In this document: piece by piece, positions 23,773 through 37,128 of the stretch | Numbering within the stretch: the first letter of the stretch is position 1 | Layout of the letters: each line of letters opens with the position of its first letter | Origin: Haliotis cracherodii | Lineage: Eukaryota | Assembly (NCBI RefSeq): GCF_022045235.1 | Contig: NW_027266270.1 | Span: 29,636,001-29,700,000, forward strand | Reading direction: 5' to 3' | Length of the DNA stretch: 64,000 bases | Translations under genes and position numbers: made by a program | The notes under the pieces: model-generated | Database searches by the model: none | What the model saw: only the letters and a program-made list of their open reading frames with translations | Told to the model about the DNA's origin: nothing

Positions 23773-26731
23773 CTTTGATTTTAGGAACGTTCACTTGTTC
23801 AAGGTTCTGAGGTAGCTGGGTATCAACAGACTCAACAAGTGAGATGTGCTCACCTTCCAACTGTGGAGTTTTATGCTCTACTCACCTCTCTGGCGTCATC
23901 ATCTTCAACCCCATTGGCTGTAAGGACTCTTTGATCCATGGCTTCTTTTTGAACATTTAACTTTCTATGATCTAGGGTTTCACTAACCAATTGCTTACTC
24001 TTTCTTTATAACACCAAGCCAATCAGCTAATTGGAATTAAGTTTGGCCTCTTGATTCGTCTTTGCCTTATCAACATTCAAGGATGACGAGATTATCGAGT
24101 TTTGATAGACGGTCCTTGAGTGTGTACATGACGGAAAGCGGTTGATGGGGGTTTCATTGGTTTCATTGATCTCTGGCTTCTTTAACGCTGTGTTCCCTTT
24201 ATGTTTGATTGGCTCTGGTGTCTTTCGTGTTACTGGTTAGTGTTTTGATAGCGTTAAACAAACATTTTCCTTTGGCGGGATTTCCTGATTGACGTATCTT
24301 TCTTTGATTTTCTCTGACACAAACCAATTAGTTTATTGGATTGATTGTTTCGACTACAAGTTGGGGTTTTTTCACATTAACGAATGATAATGATGTTTCG
24401 TACTACTATCTTAAGCAGCTGAACGCAACGTTAAATTACACCCAGACTACAATCTGCGGAGTTGTGGGTAGAATATTTGCATAGCAAGCATAGTACATTA
24501 TAAACAATATTGTAGTAAATGCGTAACGTTAGTGAACACAATTGTTGATCAATGTTATTCCCTATTTTGATTTATACCATATGTTCCCGTATATTGTTTT
24601 CACGTTAACGGTTGACTTGCTTTTTCGTGTGTTTGTGACAGTTGTCACCTGTGGGGCAGGATACGCTCATCTTTTCGCCCAAACCTGGTGTCATCACTAT
24701 TTGATACTGATGCATTAACGCATGCATTTGATATAGTCGGATTGGTGTAATGGACCTTTAGAAAAGATTTCTTTGGATTAATATGAATTAATGTGCACAT
24801 CCTTATATGTGATACTAGTGTTGAGGATGTGATGTTAACGTTGAATATTTGATATTAATGTTGAACGTATCCTAGTTATGGTGAATGTATGTTTGGATGA
24901 GTATTACAGTTATATCGTGAGGTATACGACATGTCAGCTTGATGCATGTGAATTTGAAACATGTTTAAAGGTGTTTAAATTCTAAGCATGTTTGGATTAA
25001 GGGAATGTTGTGTTTAGGCTATGAAGCGATGGTTCATATCATGTGTTTAGAATCTAAACGAGTTAAGACAGAACACACAAATGTGCATACCGTTAAGGAT
25101 TCAAACACGTTCCTAAACATGTTTTGTATGTGTTTACATTCTACACACATTTTTACAGTGTGGTTTAAGTGGTGAATTTTATTAATTTGATAAGTATGCA
25201 ATCTACCTGGCAGGATTAGTATTCGCTGTTTACTAACTTTCTGGCCGCTGTTACTAATTTAAGTTAGTCGAATCAACTAGACTTTTTTCTCAGTGTAGGG
25301 AATTAGTTAAACATAAGATAATAAGATAAACTGATTCCTTCCTGTTGAAAATGACTGACATACAAACGAATATGCGCATTTATTAGGCAGGATATGTTTG
25401 CGCTCACTTCTTCAAAACACGCTTTTGTAAAAGGGGAGTTGATAACTGATTTTAATGGATATTTTCAATGATCCGCCAAAATCACGCATCAGACTCCATT
25501 GGGTGGAAAATGCAAAAGAGCAGTGACAAATGTGTAAATGGGTCACTGAAGAATCAGTGATAACGCCTGGTGTTCGCGAAGGAGCACATGCTTTTTGTGA
25601 TAGTAATGTTAAATAAGTGATGTCAATTGTGAACGTTTCATAGTTGTGGGGATGTATGTTTTAAGCAGTATTTCAATTGCATCGTTAGTTATAAGCCATG
25701 TCAGCTTGTTGTATGTGGACGACAAGTCCAAAGTGAAGCAGGCTTTAGATGTTTACCGCCTCCGTAAAACCCTCGAGCTCGGACATGGCGTTGCTAAACT
25801 GTAACACATAATCAGGGCGAGTCTCGGATTCGAATCCATGTGATATTTATGCTGAATGTGTGGTGCATAATGTTGAATGTGTTATAGTAAAGTAAACTGT
25901 ACAAAATTCACGTTGCACGAGTCATAGTAGTGTAAAATTGCGATATTAATGTTGATGTTATAGTTATGTCGGATGTGTTATAGTTATGTTGAGCTTTACT
26001 GCATATATGGTGATAATGTGTGATGCATAATGACATCCTACAACTGCCCAACTGTATAATGCATACGTATCCTGGATAGACACCTTCCTTTTGATCTGCT
26101 TCTAGGAATGTGTACAATACAAGTGTTCCATGTTAGATTTCCGATCTCGCACCTTTGACATCGGTTGATATAGTCTCCATATAAACCAGTTTGTTTAAAT
26201 ATCGATATATGTATGTGTGTATTTGTGTGTGACTTGTGTATTAGCATCATATTATTTGCAAGAGCAGGTACAATTATTCCTAATTTATTATTTTATGTTC
26301 ACTTTACTCTTATTGATTGTTAAATGTCCTTTGTAGGGACAGGTGTTCAAATAGGTTTAACCTGTTAACCAATCTCGTTCCTTTTTGGTAATAAATATTG
26401 TTTAAGTCATAGTCTCCATATTCAGTAATGACATATCTAAGGAACAATACAATTCTAAAACTGTGTATTAATGTGACATATTTTATTTGTCATCAAAACA
26501 ATAATAACAACTTCAGCACTCACATCCACAAATATCACAGTTATAGCACAGAATAAAGATAATATAGCACTATGTTTCAGACATGGGGATTGATGTTATA
26601 CAAGTGACGGTCCTCTTGAACATAAATTGAAGAGGTATTTCCAATAGCACTACGAGGGTCTCAGACATTATCATACAGACTTCATATGTGATATCAGTTA
26701 CTATCATTCAAGTGATATTATCGTCCATATT

Positions 26732-28087
26732 TCACAACTGGAATATGCCAGACAGGAACTCCTCACAATGCTTGGAAGCAACTACGGCTTTGGCAGATCG
26801 GGGTCTCCTGGTCCTGTGTCTCTTATTTGCAAACCACTTTCGGAGCTGAGAAAGTGTGATGCCTCCCTTGTTGGCCATGTCCTCAGCTTCTGTATGAGTT
26901 GGGTAGGGGTTGTTGAGATGCTCATGGTACCACGATTCCATCAAGGTGATGGATTCAGGATTGAGGTTTCTGCTGGCAGGACGGGACAGCTTCTTGTTTT
27001 GATTTTCTAGATTGTTAAGACTTCTCTCGATGCTGGTGAAGACCAGGTGGAGCTGGTCAGTATATGTGTTGGTCAGCCAGTTGTGGTAGTCCGTGGGAAA
27101 GAAACCATCTTGAAGACACTGTTCATGCTCCTTCTGAATAGATGACGAATGGAAGGCAAGGAAGCTGGATAGTTCTTTAACCTCTGCTGGGAACCTTGAC
27201 TGGAGTGACTGAAGTCTATTCTCAAGAGCTGACTGACGATCGGAGGAAAGGCAGTTGGTAGTCTTCATTGTTGAAACTCTATCAAGTGTTTTTGAGATGA
27301 TGTCATCAACAGCTTTACCAATGTCCGGTCTGGGGGAAGACGGCAGCTTGAGGTCAAGTGGTCGCGTCTCTGTGACAGGGTTGATGTCCATACATTTTGA
27401 ATGTGGGCGAGTGGCAACTGATATTTGCGTTGGTGTAGACAGGGCAGGGGTGTTTGGAATCGATACTGGATGGATGGGCGGAATTGTTGGACTAGAAATC
27501 GTCCCCGTTTTGCTGGAAGGTAAGAAGGATGGACTCAATGGTGCACTGGAAAACCCCAACGACTGGGCTGGAAGAAAGCATGGACTTGGTGGCAGGAATG
27601 CTGGACTCGGTGGTAGGGTGTAGCTGGAAGGCATGTAGGAGCCTGGTCTGAAGCTGGAAGTGTAGTACCTGGTGGAGCAGGGAGGGAAGAAACTGTAGGG
27701 GCTGGAGAAGCAGGTTGCCTGGAGGTAGGTGGGAGATGCCATCGGGTGGAGGCTTGAGAGAGTTGGTACATGGTGGTGGGTGTCAGCAACTGGCAGTGTG
27801 AGGGATGGCACACAACGTCTCTTGGGCAGAGGAGTTGATGTGTGCTGAGGTGCCCCTGCAATAAAGGAAATATTGTATAACATACTCAGGGTAAGCAATG
27901 GCATGGATACGGCATAGACATTACCCAATGGCACTTTGAATAAGAAGGACTTGAACAATGAGGAGATCTCACTCATTTTATTCCATCTATAGATTAGAAC
28001 TTGATACTAGAACACTATGTGGAAGGACTTACCAATACCAGAATTGACGTGAAAGGAATCATCAACAGGAGTTTTCAAGTCAGCCAT
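26732..28087 (-). CDS. TALE homeobox protein, array copy 5: exon 1 28033-28087, exon 2 26732-27855
   Basis: Same structure; intact splice sites and ORF. Confidence 0.9.
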
Positions 28088-31059
28088 CTTTGATTTTAGG
28101 AACGTTCACTTGTTCAAGGTTCTGAGGTAGCTGGGTATCAACAGACTCAACAAGTGAGATGTGCTCACCTTCCAACTGTGGAGTTTTATGCTCTACTCAC
28201 CTCTCTGGCGTCATCATCTTCAACCCCATTGGCTGTAAGGACTCTTTGATCCATGGCTTCTTTTTGAACATTTAACTTTCTTTGATCTAGGGTTTCACTA
28301 ACCAATTGCTTACTCTTTCTTTATAACACCAAGCCAATAAGCTAATTGGAATTAAGTTTGGCCTCTTGATTCGTCTTTGCCTTATCAACATTCAAGGATG
28401 ACGAGATTATCGAGTTTTGATAGACGGTCCTTGAGTGTGTACATGACGGAAAGCGGTTGATGGGGGTTTCATTGGTTTCATTGATCTCTGGCTTCTTTAA
28501 CGCTGTGTTCCCTTTATGTTTGATTGGCTCTGGTGTCTTTCGTGTTACTGGTTAGTGTTTTGATAGCGTTAAACAAACATTTTCCTTTGGCGGGATTTCC
28601 TGATTGACGTATCTTTCTTTGATTTTCTCTGACACAAACCAATTAGTTTATTGGATTGATTGTTTCGACTACAAGTTGGGGTTTTTTCACATTAACGAAT
28701 GATAATGATGTTTCGTACTACTATCTTAAGCAGCTGAACGCAACGTTAAATTACACCCAGACTACAATCTGCGGAGTTGTGGGTAGAATATTTGCATAGC
28801 AAGCATAGTACATTATAAACAATATTGTAGTAAATGCGTAACGTTAGTGAACACAATTGTTGATCAATGTTATTCCCTATTTTGATTTATACCATATGTT
28901 CCCGTATATTGTTTTCACGTTAACGGTTGACTTGCTTTTTCGTGTGTTTGTGACAGTTGTCACCTGTGGGGCAGGATACGCTCATCTTTTCGCCCAAACC
29001 TGGTGTCATCACTATTTGATACTGATGCATTAACGCATGCATTTGATATAGTCGGATTGGTGTAATGGACCTTTAGAAAAGATTTCTTTGGATTAATATG
29101 AATTAATGTGCACATCCTTATATGTGATACTAGTGTTGAGGATGTGATGTTAACGTTGAATATTTGATATTAATGTTGAACGTATCCTAGTTATGGTGAA
29201 TGTATGTTTGGATGAGTATTACAGTTATATCGTGAGGTATACGACATGTCAGCTTGATGCATGTGAATTTGAAACATGTTTAAAGGTGTTTAAATTCTAA
29301 GCATGTTTGGATTAAGGGAATGTTGTGTTTAGGCTATGAAGCGATGGTTCATATCATGTGTTTAGAATCTAAACGAGTTAAGACAGAACACACAAATGTG
29401 CATACCGTTAAGGATTCAAACACGTTCCTAAACATGTTTTGTATGTGTTTACATTCTACACACATTTTTACAGTGTGGTTTAAGTGGTGAATTATATTAA
29501 TTTGATAAGTATGCAATCTACCTGGCAGGATTAGTATTCGCTGTTTACTAACTTTCTGGCCGCTGTTACTAATTTAAGTTAGTCGAATCAACTAGATTTT
29601 TTTCTCAGTGTAGGGAATTAGTTAAACATAAGATAATAAGATAAACTGATTCCTTCCTGTTGAAAATGACTGACATACAAACGAATATGCGCATTTATTA
29701 GGCAGGATATGTTTGTGCTCACTTCTTCAAAACACGCTTTTGTAAAAGGGGAGTTGATAACTGATTTTAATGGATATTTTCAATGATCTGCCAAAATCAC
29801 GCATCAGACTCCATTGGGTGGAAAATGCAAAATAGCAGTGACAAATGTGTAAATGGGTCACTGAAAAATCAGTGATAACGCCTGGTGTTCGCGAAAAAGC
29901 ATGTGAAGGAGCACATGCTTTTTGTGATAGTAATGTTAAATAAGTGATGTCAATTGTGAACGTATCATAGTTGTGGGGATGTATGTTTTAAGCAGTATTT
30001 CAATTGTATCGTTAGTTATAAACCATGTCAGCTTGTTGTATGGGGACGACAAGTCCAAAGTGAAGCAGGCTTTAGATGTTTACCGCCTCCGTAAAACCCT
30101 CGAGCTCGGACATGGCGTTGCTAAACTGTAACACATAATCAGGGCGAGTCTCGGATTCGAATCCATGTGATATTTATGCTGAATGTGTGGTGCATAATGT
30201 TGAATGTGTTATAGTAAAGTAAAATGTACAAAATTCACGTTGCACGAGTCATAGTAGTGTAAAATTGCGATATTAATGTTGATGTTATAGTTATGTCGGA
30301 TGTGTTATAGTTATGTTGAGCTTTTCTGCATATGTGGTGATAATGTGTGATGCATAATGACATCCTACAACTGCCCAACTGTATAATGCATACGTATCCT
30401 GGATAGACACCTTCCTTTTGATCTGCTTCTAGGAATGTGTAAAATACAAGTGTTCCATTTTAGATTTCCGATCTCGCACCTTTGACATCGGTTGATATAG
30501 TCTCCATTTAAACCAGTTTGTTTAAATATCGATATATGTATGTGTGTATTTGTGTGTGACTTGTGTATTAGCATCATGTTATTTGCAAGAGCAGGTACAA
30601 TTATTCCTAATTTATTATTTTATGTTCACTTTACTCTTATTGATTGTTAAATGTCCTTTGTAGGGACAGGTGTTCAAATAGGTTTAACCAGTTAACCAAT
30701 CTCGTTCCTTTTTGGTAATAAATATTGTTTAAATCATAGTCTCCATATTCAGTATTGACATATCTAAGGAACAATACAATTCTAAAACTGTGTATTAATG
30801 TGACATATTTTATTTGTCATCAAAACAATAATAACAACTTCAGCACTCACATCCACAAATATCACAGTTATAGCACAGAATAAAGATAATATAGCACTAT
30901 GTTTCAGACATGGGGATTGATGTTATACAAGTGACGGTCCTCTTGAACATAAATTGAAGAGGTATTTTACAATAGCACTACGAGGGTCTCAGACATTATC
31001 ATACAGACTTCATATGTGATATCAGTTACTATCATTCAAGTGATATTATCGTCCATATT

Positions 31060-32263
31060 TCACAACTGGAATATGCCAGACAGGAACTCCTCACAATGCT
31101 TGGAAGCAACTACGGCTTTGGCAGATCGGGGTCTCCTGGTCCTGTGTCTCTTATTTGCAAACCACTTTCGGAGCTGAGAAAGTGTGATGCCTCCCTTGTT
31201 GGCCATGTCCTCAGCTTCTGTATGAGTTGGGTAGGGGTTGTTGAGATGCTCATGGTACCACGATTCCATCAAGGTGATGGATTCAGGATTGAGGTTTCTG
31301 CTGGCAGGACGGGACAGCTTCTTGTTTTGATTTTCTAGATTGTTAAGACTTCTCTCGATGCTGGTGAAAACCAGGTGGAGCTGGTCAGTATATGTGTTGG
31401 TCAGCCAGTTGTGGTAGTCCGTGGGAAAGAAACCATCTTGAAGACACTGTTCATGCTCCTTCTGAATAGATGACGAATGGAAGGCAAGGAAGCTGGATAG
31501 TTCTTTAACCTCTGCTGGGAACCTTGACTGGAGTGACTGAAGTCTATTCTCAAGAGCTGACTGACGATCGGAGGAAAGGCAGTTGGTAGTCTTCATTGTT
31601 GAAACTCTATCAAGTGTTTTTGAGATGATGTCATCAACAGCTTTACCAATGTCCGGTCTGGGGGAAGACGGCAGCTTGAGGTCAAGTGGTCGCGTCTCTG
31701 TGACAGGGTTGATGTCCATACATTTTGAATGTGGGCGAGTGGCAACTGATATTTGCGTTGGTGTAGACAGGGCAGGGGTGTTTGGAATCGATACTGGATG
31801 GATGGGCGGAATTGTTGGACTAGAAATCGTCCCCGTTTTGCTGGAAGGTAAGAAGGATGGACTCAATGGTGCACTGGAAAACCCCAACGACTGGGCTGGA
31901 AGAAAGCATGGACTTGGTGGCAGGAATGCTGGACTCGGTGGTAGGGTGCAGCTGGAAGGCATATAGGAGCCTGGTCTGAAGCTGGAAGTGTAGTACCTGG
32001 TGGAGCAGGGAGGGAAGAAACTGTAGGGGCTGGAGAAGCAGGTTGCCTGGAGGTAGGTGGGAGATGCTATCGGGTGGAGGCTTGAGAGAGTTGGTACATG
32101 GTGGTGGGTGTCAGCAACTGGCAGTGTGAGGGATGGCACACCACGTCTCTTGGGCAGAGGAGTTGATGTGTGCTGAGGTGCTCCAGAACACTATGTGGAA
32201 TGACTTACCAATACTAGAATTGACGTGAAAGGAATCATCAACAGGAGTTTTCAAGTCAGCCAT
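31060..32263 (-). pseudogene. TALE homeobox copy 6, probable pseudogene
   Basis: The intron is reduced to 25 nt (32184-32208) and has lost its acceptor, so read-through frameshifts. The promoter is separated from the gene by 10.6 kb of LINEs. Exon 2 is still open. Confidence 0.8.
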
Positions 32264-32344
32264 CTTGGATTTGAAGAACGGTTTGTTCAAGGTTCTGAGG
32301 TAGCTGTGTATCAACAGACTCAACAAGTGAGATGTGCTCACCTT

Positions 32345-33328
32345 ACTTACTTACTTACTTACTTACTTTGGAGATTTAACGTGTGCTTTCCGACAGGTGC
32401 GTATTTCGCACACGGGCCCGCCCAGGCCATTTAATGTGTTTCCGAAAGGGGCGAAAGTGGTGTGTGCAACCCAAGAGTGGGCTTTAGGGTTTGCTTATAT
32501 AGAATTTGGGAAGTTTTTGAGATTTGGAATAGATGCCGATGGAGTTGGGGAGGAGAACTAAGGGAGCTGGGTAGGGTAGATGTTTGTTTGTTTATGTGAT
32601 TTTGATTTGGTAGGTTATTGTGTTTTTAGATGCGTTTTCCGTTTTGATTAAGAATACGCCTAAGGCCTTGAAGTTTTCTAGTTTATTTTGTGGGTTTAGT
32701 ATTGCTTCTAGAGTGAGAGCCTTGTTTAGATTGAGGGTGGTTTGTAATGCGGTTCGATGTGTTAGGTAGTGTGTGCAGTGGATGAGTGCGTGTTCTTGGG
32801 TTTCTAGTTGTTTGCAGTGTGGGCAGTTACCTGTAGTGTGATTTTTTAAATTTTTTTAGGTGGTTATTTAGGTTGGTGTGTCCTGTTTGGAGTTTAGTGA
32901 TTACTCTGTCGATTTTTTTTGATTGATGTAGAATTTTTGGTTTGGTTAGTGGTTTGCTGAGCACTCTTTTGATTTGGCTATTTGAGTTTAGATATAGGCT
33001 ATGCCATTTTTGTGATTTTTTGCTTGTTTACACTTTTAATTTCTGATTTTGAGATGGGTAAGTTTAAGCTTATTTCTAGGATTTTGAGGGATAGTTTAGC
33101 TGCTTTATCGGCGTTTTCATTACCGTATATTCCTACGTGGGCGGGTATCCACAAGAAGGTTATTTGTTTGCCTGCCTTACACTAAATGGTCTGGCCAGGC
33201 CCGTGTGCGAAATTCGCTACAGTCGGAAAGCGCACGTTAAATCTTCTATATCAGTCAGTCAGTCAGGGTATCTTTGGAGGCTCCCCAGTTAGAGCCAATT
33301 AGGCATCTTAGGGTGTTTAGGTCTGTAC
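32345..33328 (-). mobile_element. I-group LINE (subfamily A2), 5'-truncated and internally deleted; first member of the stack
   Basis: (TAAG)n tail abuts TGCTCACCTT (32335-32344), which recurs at 33329-33338. About 825 bp are deleted internally and replaced by a foreign fragment. Confidence 0.9.
33180..33266 (+). mobile_element. 3' terminus of a third related LINE family or LINE-tailed SINE, with a (TCAG)4 tail
   Basis: AAATGGTCTGGCCAGGCCCGTGTGCG...CAGTCGGAAAGCGCACGTTAAATCT matches the A/B 3' motif but with distinct variants and a different tail; opposite orientation. Confidence 0.8.
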
Positions 33329-33338
33329 TGCTCACCTT

Positions 33339-36300
33339 ACTTACTTACTTATATTGGAGATTTAACGTGCGCTTTCCGACTGCAAGCGTATGTCGCACAC
33401 GGGCCCGGCCAGGCCATTTAATGTGTTTCCAAAAAGGGGAAAAGTGAGTTTGTGCAACCCAGGAGGGGGGCTTTAGGGGTTGCTTATATAGTAATTTTGA
33501 AATTTTGAGATTTGGAAAGAATGCCAAGAGTGGGTGGGGGACGAACTAAGGGAGCTGTGTGTGTTGGGTGGTTATTAAATAAGGTAGTTTTGGTTTTAAT
33601 ATTTTATTTGGTGTTTAAATGCGGCTAATTAGTCCCGTTTTTATTAGGTATATGCCTAAGGCTTTGAATTTTTCTAATTTATTTTGTGGATTTAGGATTG
33701 ATTCTAGTGTAAGTCCGGTTTTAAGATTTAGGGTGGTCTGTAGTGTTGTTCGGTGTGTTTGGTAGTGTGTGCAGTGAATGAGTACGTGTTCTGGTGTTTC
33801 TTGTTGTTTGCAATGTGGACAGTTTCCTGTTTTGTGTAGATTAGCTATTTAACGGTGATTATTTAGTTTGGTATGGTCTGTTTGTAGTTTGGTAATTATT
33901 TTGTCGATTTGTTTGGATGGGTGTAGTATTTTGGGTTTATTTAGGGTTTTTTTGAGTACTTTCCTGATTTGGCTATTTGAGTTTTGGTATATATTTTGCG
34001 ATTTTTTGTTGATTTTTTGTTTAGTGACACTTTTGATTTCTGATTTTGAGCTGGGTAAGTTTAAGCTTATTTCTGGGAGTTTAAGGGATAATTTTGCTGC
34101 TTTATCTGCCTTTTCATTGCCAAAGATTCCTACGTGGGCGGGGATCCAAATGAAATTTATTTGTTTACCTAACTTAGTTAAGTTGTTTGAGCTATTGAGT
34201 ATTTGATTTATTAGTTTGGGGCGGTTTTTAGTGTTTTTATTTTTGAGGGCTTGTAGTCCACTGAGGGAGTCGGTTAGGATGAGGATTTTTTGGTGTTTTT
34301 TAGATTGCTGATTGTGTAGTGCTGAGGCAATGCCCATTAGTTCGACCGTGAATATGGATTGGTTGTTTGGGAGTCGGTAAGATTGTGTGTCTTTGGTTGG
34401 TTGTGGGATGTGGACTCCGAAACCTGTGTGTTTTGAGATCGGATCTGAGGATCCGTCTGTGTATATGTGACACCAATTTGGCCAATTTTCATGTATGTAT
34501 GCTAGTGTGGTGGTTTTAGCGATGTTAGGATCGGTCTGTTTATTTAGTGTATCGGCTAGTGTTGTGTCTATTTTTGGTATTTTAAGTTTTGGAGTGAAGA
34601 TATTGGATGATTTATTGTTTTGTTTAAGATTATTTATTTTGTGTTCATTTAGGTAATTGGTTATTCTTTGGGAAATTGGAGTAAGTAGTGGATGTTTCCG
34701 GGCTAGGGCTTGGTTTCTAGGGCTAATATTTTTTTTTATTAAGTTTTGGATGAGAGGGTTTGATTGGGACGCGGCCCAGAAGTTTAGGGTAAGTTGTTCC
34801 CTACGTAGTTTAAGTGGCATTTCTACTGTTAAGGCCTGGAGTGAGGTGGAGGAGGTGCCATGTTGAGTTCGTGTGATTAGTTTGAGGGGCCTGATACTGG
34901 ATTGAGTCTAGTTTTTTAATGAGAGAGTTGTTTAAGGTGTCGTAAATGGCACTGCCATAGTCTAGTTTGGATCTAATTAGTGATATATAGAGTGAGAGGA
35001 GAGTGTTTTTAGAGGCCCCCCAGTTGGAGCCGGTAAGGCATCTTAACGTGTTTAGGTCTTTGCTGCATCTGGTTACAAGGTTTTTAATGTGAGCATCCCA
35101 GGTGAGATGTTCATCGAAGATTAATCCTAAGAATTTGGTTTGTTTTTGGAATTTGATTGGTTTGTTGTTTAGTCGGAGGTTTAGGGAGGCGGGTTGCTTA
35201 TTTTTGTGTTTAAATACTATTCCTGTGGTTTTTTCTGAGTTTAGGGAGAAGCCCCATTTGTCAGCCCATTTTTGTATTTTATTTAGAGATTTTTGTAGTA
35301 AGTTTTGGGCCATTTTAATGCTTTTAGTGCGGATCCAGAGGGCTCCATCATCCGCGAATTTTGATGTGTTTACTTTGGGGGATAGTCCCTCGAATAGATC
35401 GTTAATCATAATATTGAAGAGTGTTGGGCTTAGGATACTGCCCTGGGGAGTGCCATTTTCTAGGGGACATTGGTCCGATAGCGTTTGGTCTATGCCCACG
35501 GTGATTTTGTGGTTTGTTAGGAAACTTTGGATGTAGTTAATTATTTGACCTTTAAGACATATTTTTGAAGTTTTTGTATTAGCCCGTTATGCCAAACCAT
35601 GTCGAATGCTTTGGAGAAGCCTAGAAAGATAACTGTAGTATATTGTTTGTTAAGTTGGCCTGTTTTAATGTCCTGCTCTAGTCGGGCGAGGTTATCTAAG
35701 GTTGAGCGTCCAGGAGTGAAACCGCTTTGGTCTGGATTTATTATGTTGTTTTGTTCTAAGTAGTGTTGTAACCTGTTTTTTGCCATTGATTCCATTACTT
35801 TGCATAAGTTAGAAGTTAGGGAGATTGGTCTGTATGAATTAGCCTGGTCAGCTGGTCTATTGGGTTTGGGGATTGGTATGACCAGGGCTTGTTTCCAAGG
35901 TGATGGGACCTGTCCGTTTAGATATATGAGGTTATAGAGTTTCAGAAGAGTTTGGAGTAGTTTGGGTGGTAATTGTTTAATTATCTGGTATGAAGTAAGC
36001 CTGGGGCTGTGCCCTTTTTCCTATTTTGTAGGACGTGGAGTAGTTCTTCCATTGTGAAATGGAGATTAATTTCTAGGTTATTATCTTTTGGCTCTTTGGT
36101 AAATTTGGTTTCTGATTTTAGTTGTTCCTGGAATTTTTGATTGAAGTTGCTATTCCTACTGACGGCCGAGAAGTGATTTGCTAGGTTATTAGCTTTTTCA
36201 GTGGGGTTTGTTGAATTGTTTATGTTGGGAGTTTTTTTTATGACGTTTAATGCCCCTATTGGCGTGGATTTTGCGCCAAACTGTTCTGGCGTCTGTATGA

Positions 36301-37128
36301 TGGTTAATTTCTTCGCAAAAAATTTTCCAGTCTCTTGTTTTAGCTGTTTTAACTAAGCTTTGTACTTTGTGATTTAGTTCACGTGCTATCTTTGGGTGTT
36401 TGAAGTCACGTTTGGCTTTATTGAATGCGGATTTGCTTTAACGCCTAGTTTGTTCTATCTCCCCGTTCCACCAAGGAACCGAGGGTTTGCCTATGCTGGT
36501 TATTTTGAAAGGAATGGAGTTTTTAGCTGCGTTTATCATGCAGTCAGTGGGGTTTTTGCAGTAGATTTCGGGGTCGTTACTTTCTAGGTCAGCTAGGTTA
36601 GCCTGGTTGCAAATTTCCTGAAATTTGTCCCAGTCGGCTTTGTTGAAGTGGAATTTAGGTTCCTGGTTTGGGGCTGGTGTTGGGATGTTTACGTCTCCTG
36701 TAGTTATATTTATGGGGAAGTGGTCACTACCTAGTGGTACCCCGTGTACTTCCCATTGAATACTTTGGGCTAAATCTGGGGTGCATATGGTTAAGTCGAT
36801 AGCCGACATTTTGTGGTGTATTTTGTCGTATCTAGTAGGTTGGTTGTTATTTATTAGTATTAGGTCATTTTGTTCTATGCATTCTGAGATGAGTTTTCCG
36901 TGTTTATCTATTTTATCTTCTATACCCCAGGTAGGGTGGTGGGCATTAAAGTCTCCTAGGAAGATTGTAGATTTATTGCCTATTTGGTGGAGGGTGTTTA
37001 AATCCTCAGGTTTGACCTGTTTTTCTACCCAGTGGTATATATTTATGATATTAATTTTTTGGTTGCTATTTGTTATTTGGATACTGTTTGCTTCTAGGTT
37101 TGGTGTGTTTATTTTTAGTTCTTTGTTC
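33339..37128 (-). mobile_element. I-group LINE subfamily B (clearly diverged from A), 5'-truncated in the APE domain, multiply frameshifted; second member of the stack
   Basis: ORF2 fragments at 36438-37130, 35541-35795, 34810-35499 and 33849-34820 carry the same APE/RT/RNase H motifs. (AAGT)n tail. Flanked by ACTGCTCACCTT at 33327-33338 and 37129-37140. Confidence 0.93.

Larger units (their letters stand above)
12305..32344. repeat. Tandem array of ~4.33-kb units, each carrying one TALE homeobox gene (five gene copies)
   Basis: Stop codons at 12305, 18083, 22417, 26732 and 31060. Spacings are 5778 (=4332 plus the 1446-bp LINE insert), 4334, 4315 and 4328. Spacers are near-identical. Confidence 0.97.
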
